Below are positions 40,072-52,341 of a stretch of 64,000 nt of DNA, piece by piece; position 1 is the first letter of the stretch; every line of letters begins with the position of its first letter. The notes under the pieces are model-generated. The model made no database searches, had not been told where the DNA came from, and was given only the letters and a program-made list of their open reading frames with translations. The stretch comes from Sarea resinae (Eukaryota): assembly GCA_026026165.1 (NCBI GenBank), contig JAPEUD010000064.1:62001-126000 (forward strand), given 5' to 3'. The position numbers were made by a program, and so were the translations under genes.

Positions 40072-40607
40072 GAGCAAAGGGCAAAGGGCAAAGGGCGAAG
40101 GGCAAAGGGCGCCGAGGTTAGTAGACATGCAATGTCCTACAGCGGTAATTGCAAGTCAAATCATTGCTCGATTGAAGCGATCGCTCTCGTGAGATTGCAC
40201 CCCAGAGATATCTCTCTTTGCCGGCATGAAGTTCGTGAAAGACGAAGGGGGATGATAATGTTGGGTTCTTGTCGCAATGCTGGAATATGATAGTAATGGA
40301 CTGGATCATCTCAACAATTCCTCGATGCTCTAGGCGCAACTGATTCATAATCACCAAGGGGAGCTGCAGGTGTGCTGGCGGGCGTACCTCAACGTAGAAT
40401 CGAACGACTGAGGTACGTGACGATTCTAGGTTCGAGGGGTTGTCTGATTATTACCTTATTGTGGAGATATTCGGACTTATCCGACTAGAAGCGAGATGTT
40501 TCTCCTCCTACAAGTGCAGCCCCTCCCCCACCTCGACTCTTCGTTGATTCCACGTTGATAGCAACAACCAACTTTGTCATCTTACCTTGAGGGAGAATTG
40601 TACAGTC

Positions 40608-41304
40608 ATGTCGCAAAGCAAGCCCACTCTTCACCATCTCAACGTATATCACTCTCCCGTGCGTGTGCGAATCCAATGCTGAAGACCTTTCCCCGCAGCA
40701 CTCCCAATCACAACGTGTCCTATGGCTTTTCGAAGAGCTAGGCGTGGACTATGACGTCAAATTCTATTCCCGCCAGCCCGTAACATTCCGCGCTCCGCCC
40801 GAGCTGGCCACAGTCCATCCGATGGGGAAGAGCCCCACGCTCGTCACCGCCGACGGACGCGCCATCTCCGAATCCACTGCCATCATCACGTACATCCTCC
40901 GCACATATGACACGGCCGGTCGATTCAGCGCGGCGGACTGGATTCTCGACGAGGAATTGGTTTCATTTGCCAGCTCCACCCTCGGTTCGATGATCATGCT
41001 GCAGCTCTTCAGCGACATGACCGACAAGACGCGGCCGCGCTCCCCAATCGCAACTGCTGCTTTCAAGCAGCAGTTGACGTTCCTGAGCAACGTGCTGGGC
41101 GACAAGGAGTGGTTCTCCGGTGACCATCCGGGCCGGGCAGACTTCGTGCTCAGTTTCCCGTTCGATATGATTGCACAGCGCAAATATGTGGATTTTGATA
41201 CCGAGTACCCGCAGCTCGCAAAATACATCAAGAGATACGAGGCGAGGCCCGCCTGGAAGAGAGGCTTGGAGAAGGGAAATGGATACGATCTATCGGTGTT
41301 CTAG
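40608..41304 (+). CDS. Glutathione S-transferase (GTT1-like); intron 40644-40698
   Basis: MSQSKPTLHHLN|HSQSQRVLWLFEELG, VHPMGKSPTL, AISESTAIITYI, GRADF, RYEARPAWKR. Confidence 0.92.
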
Positions 41305-42299
41305 ATGAGGCGGATTGTGAAGAAGGTCATCACCCAAGTACATAGATTAAATCGCGACGTTCTCCTCTCAATTGCTGCTCTCTGTGATACTTTTTCCGGT
41401 CAACCTCAGTCTTTCACAAATATGGTTCGAGTATCAGTCTAGATTGGCCGGTTACATGACTTCCAAGTTGTACCCGCAGAGACAGACGTTCGTACCTAGC
41501 TCTCTACCGATTGCCGTATCGTTCCGTACTCCTCAGTACTCCTTGGTACTTTGCAGTACTCCGCAGTACACGGTCCTAACTATCGATCGAGATCCGCATG
41601 GCTATCTAATCTACAAGCTAATCAGATTGATCTGACACCCGACACAACTCAATGTACCTCAATCCCGCTCTCTACTCCCTTCCCCCCTCCTCCAGCTCTC
41701 TACCTTACCTCAGTAGTGGACGTAAGGCAGGTGAGGCAGGTAAGATAGGTAGGTAAGCCGCCACCTTGATTAGTCGACGGCAATCCCGAAGCTCGTGTCT
41801 GGCGGGCGCTATGGCTACAGTGCACAGCGCCATTCCCTTACCTTACCTACCTACCTTACCAACCTGCTGTTTTCTTTCGGCTAGGGCTGGAAAACGCCTT
41901 AGCCGCCTTGCGTTGCCACTTTAGTGGCAGCGGGAGCGGGACTGCATGGCTTGATGGGAAGTATCGCACGCTGCTTATCCAATGGTTACCTTTCCCACCC
42001 CTCTGATTCCCTTGCGAGCGACAGACAGACAGACAGACAGACAGTATATTGGGTGGGGGCTCCTGAAGTGTATCGGGTGAATGTATATGATTGAGGTTTT
42101 AAACAGATTCGACGAGAAGAGAAGAGGAGAGAATGGATCCCTTTCTTGGCATGTGAAGCCATGTTTCTGAACCAGCAAAGAAATCATGCGCTCTAGAGGA
42201 GAGAACTTGGGACGCGGCTCTCCGGACCACCATGCTTTCTGTTTGCTTCACTTGGACTTCATCTTGACTCAGGCTCTTGATCGTTCCTAGGTACTCTGT

Positions 42300-42379
42300 A
42301 TGTTTTGCAGCATGGTCTATTCAAACTCTGTCTCATTGTGTGTTCTTCTGCTCTCCATGTTTTGCAGCATGGTCTATTC
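42300..42379. repeat. 23-bp direct repeat ATGTTTTGCAGCATGGTCTATTC (42300-42322, 42357-42379)
   Basis: Direct reading; just downstream of the hydrolase stop. Confidence 0.9.
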
Positions 42380-42413
42380 GAGCTCTATGTCTATTCTCTA
42401 GGTTCTAGAGGTT

Positions 42414-43229
42414 CTACTCCCTCAGCGCGCCCGTTTGTTTTGCAAGGTCGAAAATCTCCTCCGCAACGGCCGAAACGTCCTTGCTCTTGAGCGGCACTCG
42501 GTGGTCACCATCCCATTCGACCAGCCTCGTGCTGCCCTTCTCACAATACTGCTCCAGCAGCCGCCGATGCAGGTCCAGTCCCTGGTCGCGCATTCCATGG
42601 ACGTGAATTGTCGGTAGACGCAGGATGTGTTCTCGTTCTTCGAAACTATGCTCGTTGGGGAAATTCGAGAACCCCACGGTGATCTCTGATGCATCCAGCA
42701 TCGTCGGCGTCATCACGAGGTCCGGATCCAGCGAGACCAACGGTGCCCGCCCGGCTAGCAGTACGGCGAAGCGGTAGTTCGTCTTAGCTCGGTGCTTGCC
42801 CAGTTTCTCCGCCCGGATCTGCTGGCGAAACAACAAGCTTGCGCTCAGCAGCGCCCCTTGGCTGAATCCTAGCAGGGCAACCCATTCGCCGGTGGCGCCT
42901 TTGCGGTCATCCTCCCTCATAGCGGCTAGCAGAGACTTCTCGATCTCGTCAACGGCAGATTTGGCATCAATCTCTGGATGCTCAGGCAGCCAGCGCAGCC
43001 AGCGCCGGAAGGGGGCACGATCTTTGTAGACGACACTCACGCCGGGACCAGGCTGAGAGAGGAAGGGCGCGTCTGTGAAACATAGCCGAAACTTGGACTC
43101 GAGTTGGGCCACCAGAGCTCGAGATTGCGTGCGAAAGACTTGGGCATTGACGCCACCGCCGTGAAGACACAGTATGCGGGGTAAGTGAAGCGTTGAATCT
43201 TCTGTTTCTTGGGGTCTTCTCGTAGCCAT
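42414..43229 (-). CDS. FSH1-family serine hydrolase (CitA/AfoC/MrPigG-like PKS-associated esterase)
   Basis: LPRILCLHGGGVNAQVF, GFSQG nucleophile elbow, PTIHVHGMRD, WDGDHRVP (Ser-Asp-His triad). Confidence 0.93.
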   Translation of the reverse strand: MATRRPQETEDSTLHLPRILCLHGGGVNAQVFRTQSRALVAQLESKFRLCFTDAPFLSQPGPGVSVVYKDRAPFRRWLRWLPEHPEIDAKSAVDEIEKSLLAAMREDDRKGATGEWVALLGFSQGALLSASLLFRQQIRAEKLGKHRAKTNYRFAVLLAGRAPLVSLDPDLVMTPTMLDASEITVGFSNFPNEHSFEEREHILRLPTIHVHGMRDQGLDLHRRLLEQYCEKGSTRLVEWDGDHRVPLKSKDVSAVAEEIFDLAKQTGALRE

Positions 43230-44837
43230 GCTAAAGGGATGACGTTTAGCGTGGGAGGAACGACCAGCTTTCGGGGTCCTCTGAATAACGAACGTGAGGA
43301 TGTTCTTAAGCAGCGAGGCAGTCTAGCCATCGATGTTCAACGCCAGGGCTTCGCAGCGTCGTCAGCTTTCCTTGCAATCGCGATAGCACGTCCGCGGCCC
43401 CGTAAGCCATCATCGTCATTCCTTGGCTTATCGATGATATATTTTGCATGCTTTTATTGGGTTGCGGCTTTTGTCAATGTCTGGGAGTCCCTATCTCGCC
43501 GAGCCACTTTGGAAGCGCTCTATTGATTAACTCGTCAACCTGCACCATACGCCGATGACGATAAGACGGACAGGGGGAGAGTGGGGCGAGGCGTCCGCAT
43601 ATGCCATAGCTCATCTCATTCCGTCAGGGACCAGAGTTGCCTAGATTGACTGCTTGATATTCTCACGTAAGCAGGGCCATATGCGGACTGACACAGTAAT
43701 ACTGCGGTGGGCTTGTTTCGAAAGAAGATCGAAGAAGGCCTCCTTTATACGTGAAATGTTGGAATACATGCGGCTGCCAAGGTTCAGGTCTAGGCGAGAT
43801 GTCAACCAATCTAGATGGCGAGTCCGAGCTCTCATCCTGGTCGATCCTCATCCGTGGTCGCAGCCGCTGCTGATGGTTACACAGCTATCGCTCCATCCCA
43901 CCTTTCATGTCCCACAACTACCTATGAAGTAGCTCGCAGGGCTGGTACATCGGTATGGGGTATGGGGTATCGAGCATCGCGGGATCGGTTCCGGGTGAGA
44001 TGAATCAAATACGATTGGAAATTAGTATGAAGTACTACACTTGAGCTGCAGGTCAGCAACGCCTGCACAGCCCGCATCGCCTCTCCCGTCCTGGACGGGA
44101 GATGGTAGAGCTGAGATAACGATGTTGCACGAAGCCGATGTACTTGATGCTTTGTACACGCGGTGGTATATCGCAGCAGACAGGGGTAGGACGGGGTACT
44201 TCTGCCTCTAGTATCGCTAGCACTGCATCACCCCGGTATGATCAACATGAGAGGGGTCAAGCAGCCTACCTTTAGAGACACACTTACATGATCGTCAGAG
44301 ATCACTGGGGATGACCGACGAGTTTAGGTGATCACCTACCGAGGTCACAACACTCAGATCCTCGACCATCCATCCATGGATGCTCGAGGATCTCGCGCGT
44401 GAGGTCCTCGAGAGCGGTTGGGACTCCACCATAGTGCTGGGGAAAGAGGTCTATCCCACGAACACCGGGGCAGTCGACATTCAAACGTCTCCTTACGCCC
44501 GTCTTTCCCATTCAGCACTGGGATGAAATTCGCCTCACGTAGCCGAACAGGGGCTGGATGGTGGTGTCCGGCCCCATGATCTTGGCTCTCTTGGCTGTTG
44601 GCTCTAGCCGCCGATTTGACTAAAGACCCTGCCTGCCCTGGCGTCTGCAGCGCCCTCGGCAGCTTCCCGCTGATGCTACCATCCACCATCACGACACGAC
44701 CACTCATAGGCACGCACGCACACGAAGCCCAGACACGGGCATCACTACCGCTCAAAGGTTGCCTCTTTCCTACAATGCTTCTCCCAGCCAACACCTCATG
44801 ATTTTCGTCTGCACACCTCTCTGTCGTTGGTATCGTC

Positions 44838-47543
44838 ATGACTTCTTCCGAGAAAACGGTATGCGTCCCTATTCACGTCCACTCTGTCCGTTAATCAATC
44901 CAAAGCAGCATGGGCATTGAAATGCTGTTCGAGACAGAGTCTCTGCTGCAGCGGTGCCCCGGCTGATTGTGCTTTGATAGTCACACACATGGTCCAACTC
45001 TGATGTCGCTTGTACTCGCTGTCGGGAAAGGAAGATTCGCTGTGGACGCGAGAGACGACAGTGTGCAAATTGCAAGCGCGACGGTGTCGAGTGCGAGTAT
45101 TCTGCCCCAGGAAAGAGAGTCAATCATGTCAAGCTGCTGTAAGTTGGGCTCCGCGACTTCATTCCTACTTTACCGACACCACATTGTGTGTCGTGATACC
45201 CCATCAACGTCGTGAGGCAATAGCACCATCTGACGGATAGCCCTATCTCTCTATATTGCAGATGCGACAATGTTGCAGGTCTTGAAGATCGTTTGATCAA
45301 CATCGAGGGCGGACTATCGCGTTTGATGACATTCATCCAGGCAAGCGGAAGTCAAGGTTCATCCGACTGCTCCATGACAGAAGATGGTACCTCGACCAAT
45401 TCCATCGAGGATGACCAGCCTGATGAAGGTGACCCATCTCTACCGCCAAAAGATCGGCACATTGTTCGCAGTCAAGGCGATCCGGTAGATCGTTACCACG
45501 GGCCCGGGTCTTTATTTACTCTATGTAATGACTTCCGCGATATTACTTTAACAGAACTGAAGAATGGGAGCCCCCCCCCGGATAGCGACGTGTCCCATCA
45601 AAGCAACGCGCCAGATAGATTGTATGAGGGCAAAGCTCTCAAAGAGCTCCTCACTCGCATATGTCTTGAAGCCAGCACTGAGGAGTCTCCTTTCGATCTC
45701 CAATCCGACCACATTCCAATTCGACTTCCCCCGAAGCAGTTTCTTCTCGTCGTTCAAGCACAATTCTTCCAGCAAGTCAACTACGCGACGGATCTCTTCG
45801 TCAAATCTCGCTTCAGGGCCAATGTGGAACGTCTCTACAGTCGGCCTTTTACGCCTGCCGACGAAGCCTGGGCTATCTGCTTGAAGATCATTATCCTTCT
45901 CGTCCTTGGGTCCGAAGTTCTCACCCAAAGTAACGATCCACTCTTCGGGTCGCAATTCGCCTTATCTTTCCTCTCATCAGTCCGCACAGCATTAAGCAAT
46001 CCTCGTTTCCTGAACGCTCCAAAATTAGCCAATGTCCAAGCTTTGACCCTTCTGGTGAGTACTGTGGAATTGTATTGATGCCAATGCTTGCATCGTAACG
46101 GAGCTAACTTTAATTTACAAGAGTATCGCAGCCCGACAATATTATCCACCAGGGTTTGCGGAGTCGATCCTCGCACAAGCTTGTGTACTTGCTCGAACGA
46201 TGGGCCTTCACCAAAGTCACGCAGTGCAAGACGGCATCTGCCCTGAGGAAGCCCAGGAACGCATCAATGTCTTCAGATCATTATACCTCCAGGACAAGAG
46301 CTCTCTGATTCTGCGCGGGTCTATTTGCTGGCTGCCTAGCTTTGACTGCGGTCTCTCATCGGAGCTTAACCAAAGCGTTTCTACCTCCTCAGACTGGACG
46401 GCCCGAGTCCAACTTGCAGGGCTACAAGATGAGGTTTATCGCTCATTTCACTCAGCAATGTCCAAGAGGCCATCTTCAGCTAAGCAAAAGGGCGCGCTGT
46501 CACGTATCGAACAGGGCCTCAAAGATTGGGCCAAGTTTCACAGGATCTTCGGCAACCCTCCTGCTGGTACCTATGTTGCCGATTTGCAACTGGAATTCCT
46601 AGCTACTCGTATCAGCGCCTTTTCTGGGAGTCTGGAACCGTGTCACATCCTTCAAGTATTAGATGACTCACGATTAAGCTGTTTGTTGCTACTCGTCTCT
46701 TATGGAAAGTATGACCAGTCAATAACCAAGCGACTCGATGCCCACTTGCCCTCGAGAAGCCTGCCGAACCTTTCCGGCAAGAAACGTCACATCCAGTCGA
46801 GCAGAAAGAATGACAGCTCTTCATCTGACGCTGCTCGAGAAAATAGTAATGCCACCGAACCTTTACCCATACAACTCCACGGCCTATTAGATGCGTTCTC
46901 AGTACCTGCATTCTTCATTCTCACCAAAAATGTCATGTGGCCCGTAATGGAGCGTGACGATTCTCGAGCAGAAGATGATCTTGATTTGTTGCAGAGAGTC
47001 TCTGCTTGTTACAGAGAATATGACTCCAGGGTTCAGACAAGCAATCAGATTCACAAAGTCGGCTGCGCTTTTGAAAGGCTTCTAGAGGTCGTCGGGCTTA
47101 TCAAGTCGCCTCGATCGTCGCCGGACATGCATCAGAAAGACAGTGGGCACAGCCCGTTCAGTGGGCAAATTTCATTTGGTGGGCCGCAAGGCCTCCACGA
47201 CTTTCACAATGGGCCTGTCCCATCGGCTTATGCCATACCCCCGCTGTCAATGGACGAATGCTCAAACAAGAGCGGCTCCAGGACGACATCGAATACTCCA
47301 AGCGTCGGTACCATGACCGAATTGCCTACTCCCAGAGAGCCGCAGGAGATGGGCCAACCGTACGACAGTTTTGGACAACGTCCCTTTCCGCAAATGCCCC
47401 ACCAGGAGGATATGCGGCCACCAAACAGGAAGCGACGACTTTTGAGTGAGCCAGACGTGTGCATGGGTGATGATCCGGACTCTAGGCTGCTTTCCGACTT
47501 TCTTGCTACTGCCCCCGATATGTGCTTTGATTTTCCGACATGA
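44838..47543 (+). CDS. Zn(II)2Cys6 transcription factor with fungal-specific TF middle domain; introns 44859-44980, 45139-45261, 46055-46121
   Basis: Exon 2 encodes ACTRCRERKIRCGRERRQCANCKRDGVECEY, which the ORF track missed. Also RYHGPGSL and LAQACVLARTMGLH..EERINVFRSLYLQDK-type middle-domain motifs. All splice phases are consistent. Confidence 0.92.
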
Positions 47544-48489
47544 GATAGAATGCGGACTTTGGGTTTATTCTCTTCGAGTATATAATAGATAAATTAGAGG
47601 CGACCACTCGCATTTTACAAAAGCTTTTTTATTTATTCAATTCGCCCATTTCTGAATGTATGTCCATGTAAAGGTCAGTAGCCGATCAGTAGGACAGATC
47701 GGCTCACCATACGGAATCTTGCATTCAAAGCAAGCCAATGAAGAGTATTGGAAGGGAGGGACAGGTTTCCGCGAGACCACTTGGATGGGTACCAAGAAGA
47801 CAGGGACCAAGAAGATGAGAGCTGATGATGAGCCGTTGCCAAGCTCGAGGAGTATGAAGTATCGAAGCAGGGGGGAAGATAGGGCCGAGCGGCCGCGGCC
47901 GCGGAGAGGGGGGGGGAATGGGGGGCGCGAAAAGCTGTCCACATAACCAGGTTAACCTCATAATCGCGTAATCCCATAACCACGTAAGCGGTGCAGCACC
48001 GTTACGGACTTCGGCGACCGAGAGATTAATGGCGTCGACGGCGATTGGCAGCAGCCTTAAGTCTGACTTGAAATGCATGAGTGTAACGTCAAGTGTCCAA
48101 CACAGCACATCAAGTATCCAACATAACATGCTAGTGGATACCGTGGCAATGCACCGGGTCCCGGGATGATATATCTCTCACGCGAGGGCCATCATGATTA
48201 CTGCGGCTACTGCAGCTGAATCAACAACTTCGTTCCGTGTGGGTTGATTTTGGTGTTAAGCGGCCGGTCGAATGAACATGGCATGGCACGGCACGTTTTG
48301 GTGGATCGGGTTGGGCCCGGCCTGTACACCCATATAACCTATATCGACTGCTGCGAGAATATACCAAGGAGACCTTTTTGACAATCACCCTTTGAGCCTT
48401 GAACGCGGAAAGAGATAGAACATGTGCTAGGATCCATTGAAACCAGATTGCTCCCCCAACAACCCAGCACTACACAGTACGGCTTCGAC

Positions 48490-49353
48490 ATGGCACAGAA
48501 GACCGTCCCGTTCCCAAGTCCACCGGCGACGGGTCACGAGAAGGAAAGCGGAGAAGAAAGAGGAGGAGGCACTATGGCAACAATGGCATCTCGCTATCGA
48601 ATGTCAGAGCGCGGCTTCAACCGCTTCACTATCATCTGTGGCCCCATCGCGCAGATGCTCTTCTTCCTCTTCCTGCCGGCCTCGCTCCAACTGCCGCCCA
48701 TCAGCCCCTCCTTCACGCCCGAAGCGACCGCCCACCACTACCGCCAGAATTACACCGGCACAAAAGGCGGCATCGCGCTGATGCTGCTTTCAGGCATGTT
48801 CTGGCCCGTCTACACGGGCGGCGTCAACGGCCAGCTCGCGCGCATCCCCGGCATCAACCCCACCGTGCTCTGGGCCCAGCTCGGCGTCGGTTCGCTGGGC
48901 GGCATCTCCCTGATGGTGCCCTCGATCCTCTTCGCCACCACCATCTACCGGCTCGACCGCGACCCCGTCCTGACCCAGCTCCTGAGCGACCTCGCCTGGT
49001 TCTTCTTCTCCATGCCGCTGACGCCCTTCATCGCGCAGGACCTGCTGATCTCGTACGCCGTGCTGTCCGACCGCCGCGCCGTGCCCATCGTGCCGCACTG
49101 GGTCGCCTGGATCAACACGGGCCTTACCATGACGCTTTTCCCGACTCTCGGCGTTCACTGCGTCCACCACGGCGCCGTGGCCTGGAACGGCGCGTTGACG
49201 TTCTGGGTCGGTGCTGCCGGCTTCGGCTTGCAGGTCGGCTTGCTTGTGTTTTTCCTGCTCAAAGCCGTCGTGAGGCCCGACGATGACGACGACGAGCCTG
49301 GTGCCGCTGTGAGCGCTACTGCTGCGAGTGGCGACAGCTCTCTTGAGTCGTGA
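48490..49353 (+). CDS. Intronless integral membrane protein of unknown function within the PKS cluster (start could be 48490, 48574 or 48601)
   Basis: Very high GC3 and ~6 TM segments; motifs CGP, LPPISPS, YRLDRDPVLTQLLSDLAW, DRRAVPIVPHWVAWIN, GAVAWNGALTFW. Confidence 0.85.
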   Translation: MAQKTVPFPSPPATGHEKESGEERGGGTMATMASRYRMSERGFNRFTIICGPIAQMLFFLFLPASLQLPPISPSFTPEATAHHYRQNYTGTKGGIALMLLSGMFWPVYTGGVNGQLARIPGINPTVLWAQLGVGSLGGISLMVPSILFATTIYRLDRDPVLTQLLSDLAWFFFSMPLTPFIAQDLLISYAVLSDRRAVPIVPHWVAWINTGLTMTLFPTLGVHCVHHGAVAWNGALTFWVGAAGFGLQVGLLVFFLLKAVVRPDDDDDEPGAAVSATAASGDSSLES

Positions 49354-50378
49354 ATGGGGGCTAGACGTGGACCTGGGGTGGCGCATTCAGTGACACGAAT
49401 GGGGGCTGAGGGGGGAAAGGGGCCCAGGCAGCAGGCTCGTTCGTCTGTTCGTTCGTTCACGATCAGACGGGACCCGCGTCGGCTCGTCCACCAGAGGATC
49501 GATATTAGATGCATTTTTCCAATCCGATAGAAGAGGCGGCTATCTTTCTGTCCTGTCATACCGCCCGCACGAATATACATATATATCTCATCTCGGCGAC
49601 GTGGGAATTAGAAGACGGATTCGTTCAGGAGGTGAGCAAGCTCGTGCATTGGCGCGGAGACAAACGGTTATATAGAGATCATAGAATAGAGAGAGAATCT
49701 GAGAGGTTATGATTTCATCGTCTTATAGTCTTTCATCTCACATAGAAAGCTATTTCTATTGTACAGAGGCGTGGTTTATACGCCGCCTATTACTTCCGGT
49801 AGATAATCACAAACCTGAGGTTCGACCTGCTGCTGCTACTACTGCCACTGTGGCCGAGATCGTTGAGAGAGTTATTTATTTCTATCTATCGAGTTCACTC
49901 GAGAAGACAGGGAGCTACCAACTCGATCGAGTAGAAGCTAAGGTATGGTCGGGGATAGGTAAGGTACCGGAGGTAGGTAAGGTACCTTAGAGACGCCGTG
50001 TCTTTCAACGTGACGTGAGCTTTAAGTTTAGTGATGGGGTCGGTTGGGGGGTCAGGGGACCCGCGTCGTGATCGGCGACGGGATGGGATGGTCGCCATGG
50101 AGCTCGGGAGCCGAGATGGATGCGAGTTGGGGTGCAGACTACGTAGTACTACGTAAGCCATATCAATGATGGATCCTTTGGACGATCACTGCAGCTTGAA
50201 TACTACGTACTCGTAAAGTAACGTCGTACTTTGTACTCGGAGTACTGCACTACCATGCCCCGTACTCAAGTCTTATCGATATACTCCGTACATGTAAGGC
50301 AGGTTCTTACGTACAGGATGATTTGCAACTTCGGATTAGTCTACTGAAGTACATGATAGTAAGGTAGTAAGCCATCAG

Positions 50379-51341
50379 CTAGAACGAGCTCATAACGCCG
50401 GGCTGGATCTTCTCCAGGATCTCGCCCAACTCCTTCCACACCTTGGCCTGCGCCGTCGCTCCCTCCTCGCTCCTGACAAAGGCCGACAGCTCCTCGTTCG
50501 CGACCTTGGCGTCCGATATGTAAGCACCGTGGCTCTCCTTGCCAGCCGCCGCCGCCGCCATCAGCGCCCGACTGCCGACCTCCGTCGACCGGGCCAGCAC
50601 CAACTTCAGAAACCACAAGCCCCAGCCCGAGTCGCGCGCCAGCTCCGAGTGGCACAGGCCCGGGTTCAGCATGTTCACCACGACCCCGGAGTCCGCGACC
50701 CGCGACGCGATCTCCCGCACCGCGAGCACCTCGAGCAGCTTGGTCGTCTGGTACCGTTCGGCCATGTTGGCCGTCTTCTCGTCGTCCAGCTCGGCGAAGG
50801 TGTTGGCGGCCTTCCACTCCGGGAACTTCGTCCAGGCGTGCACCTCGCTGACGACGATACTGAGATGCGGCGGGCTCGACGAGGGGAATTCCTTGGCGGT
50901 GGCCTTGAGTTTCGGAAGGAGCAGTAGGCCGAGCAGGATGCTGCTGATGACGTTGACGGTGATGCTGCGCTCGTGCGCCTCGGCCACGCTGTACTTGGTC
51001 GCCGCGATCGCCGCGTTCTCGACCACGATGTCCAGACGTGGCAGCTGCTGGGTTACGCGGCTCGCGAACGCCTTGACCGAGTCGTAGGAGGCCAGGTCGA
51101 GCTTCCAGACCTCGCACACACCCGGTCGCTGCGTCGACGTCTCGATCGTCTCTTTCGCCTTCTCGCCCGCCTCGAGGTTGCGCACCGCTAGGATGACTTT
51201 CTTGGCGTCGAGCCGGACAAAGTGGCGGGCGGCCTCGAAGCCCAGTCCGACGTTGGACCCGGTCACGATGACGGTTTGGCCCGAGAACGACTTGGTTGGG
51301 TATTCGGGCGTGACGAACAATTGGGAGTAGAAGAAACCCAT
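50379..51341 (-). CDS. Short-chain dehydrogenase/reductase (retinol-DH-like), 320 aa
   Basis: VIVTGSNVGLGFEAA, LAVRN, LDLAS, ENAAI, catalytic YQTTK, NPGLCHSEL. True start is MGFFYSQLF at 51341; the upstream part of the track ORF is repetitive non-coding sequence. Confidence 0.93.
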   Translation of the reverse strand: MGFFYSQLFVTPEYPTKSFSGQTVIVTGSNVGLGFEAARHFVRLDAKKVILAVRNLEAGEKAKETIETSTQRPGVCEVWKLDLASYDSVKAFASRVTQQLPRLDIVVENAAIAATKYSVAEAHERSITVNVISSILLGLLLLPKLKATAKEFPSSSPPHLSIVVSEVHAWTKFPEWKAANTFAELDDEKTANMAERYQTTKLLEVLAVREIASRVADSGVVVNMLNPGLCHSELARDSGWGLWFLKLVLARSTEVGSRALMAAAAAGKESHGAYISDAKVANEELSAFVRSEEGATAQAKVWKELGEILEKIQPGVMSSF

Positions 51342-51496
51342 GCTGAGTTGATCTTGATGATGATGATGAATTCTCTGATGGTCTGAAGATTCGATCCTTC
51401 GAGAAGGGAGGTGTAAGGCAGGCACCGTATTGTGAGATATAGAAATCAAGGGCGGGGAAGGGGGGAATGGGCTGTCTGTCGCGATTTCAATCTTGT

Positions 51497-51562
51497 CCGT
51501 AAAGTCCGACTTCTCTGTTTGGCCGTAAAGTCCGACTCGTCTGTCTGTCTGTCTAAAGTCCG
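51497..51562. promoter_or_regulatory. Candidate Zn2Cys6 binding sites: CCGTAAAGTCCGACT x2 plus partial TAAAGTCCG in the SDR/PKS divergent promoter
   Basis: Exact 15-bp repeat at 51497-51511 and 51523-51537, each containing CCG-N6-CCG. CGG triplets are the canonical Zn2Cys6 half-sites. Confidence 0.55.
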
Positions 51563-52341
51563 CAAACTCCAGGAAGTGCCTGGTACTTGGTACTCTGGGC
51601 GATATGCTGGAGGCGATCAGTACCCAGTACCCAGTACCCCGTATCCAGTACTGCAGTACGAAGTACTTAGACCACTGCAGTCGTGAATATCGTCTTGGAG
51701 CGATATAGCATCGAGTATCGAGTATCGAGTATCGAGCATCGAGCATGGGAGAGGGCGAAGAAGGGATCGACGTGATCGGTGTAATTGAGGCGATTGAGCT
51801 GATCGCGGCGATATTACCAACAAGCACGAATGTCTCCCATTCCTCGCCATCGACGGACCATGGAATCACAATTAGAAGAGCATGGTAGAAGCCGGGTCAG
51901 GCACAGAATACATAATAGATAGCGTTCTCTTGAATCCATCAGATGAGGGCTGAAGGGCTGAAGGGCTAACGGACGACGGACGACGGACGGCGACATTATG
52001 GCCTTGCCCCCAAATCTTACCGGCGTTTCCTATCGTTACGACAGCGATAGCGGCCGAGCACCTCTCGGCCGCTGCAGACCCAGCTGGAAGCTTAGGTTGC
52101 AACTGGAACGGCTGCTCGGCCTCCGCAGCTTACCCTCAGCACGTATCCCAGAATGGCTCCAATCCATGGACGCATGGAACGTCACACTGCACATAATACA
52201 GACACATGGGCATTCTAGATCAAGCCTCTCGACCACATCCGCGGACTGCTCTTGATTGCCCAACTATCTATCCTATCTTGGCTGTTGCCCTCATCTCTCC
52301 ATACCAGCCGGTGAAAGCTCTGTGGACAACGCCTTCTAGCA

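Noticed and set aside
42300..51562. CRISPR-like interpretation of the spaced direct repeats at 42300 and 51497
   Set aside because: Only 2-3 copies each, in a eukaryotic genome, with no cas genes.
51342..51869. N-terminal 176 aa of the 496-aa SDR ORF
   Set aside because: Non-ATG start with 7-bp tandem repeats (GAGTATC, CAGTACC). It is promoter sequence; the real start is 51341.
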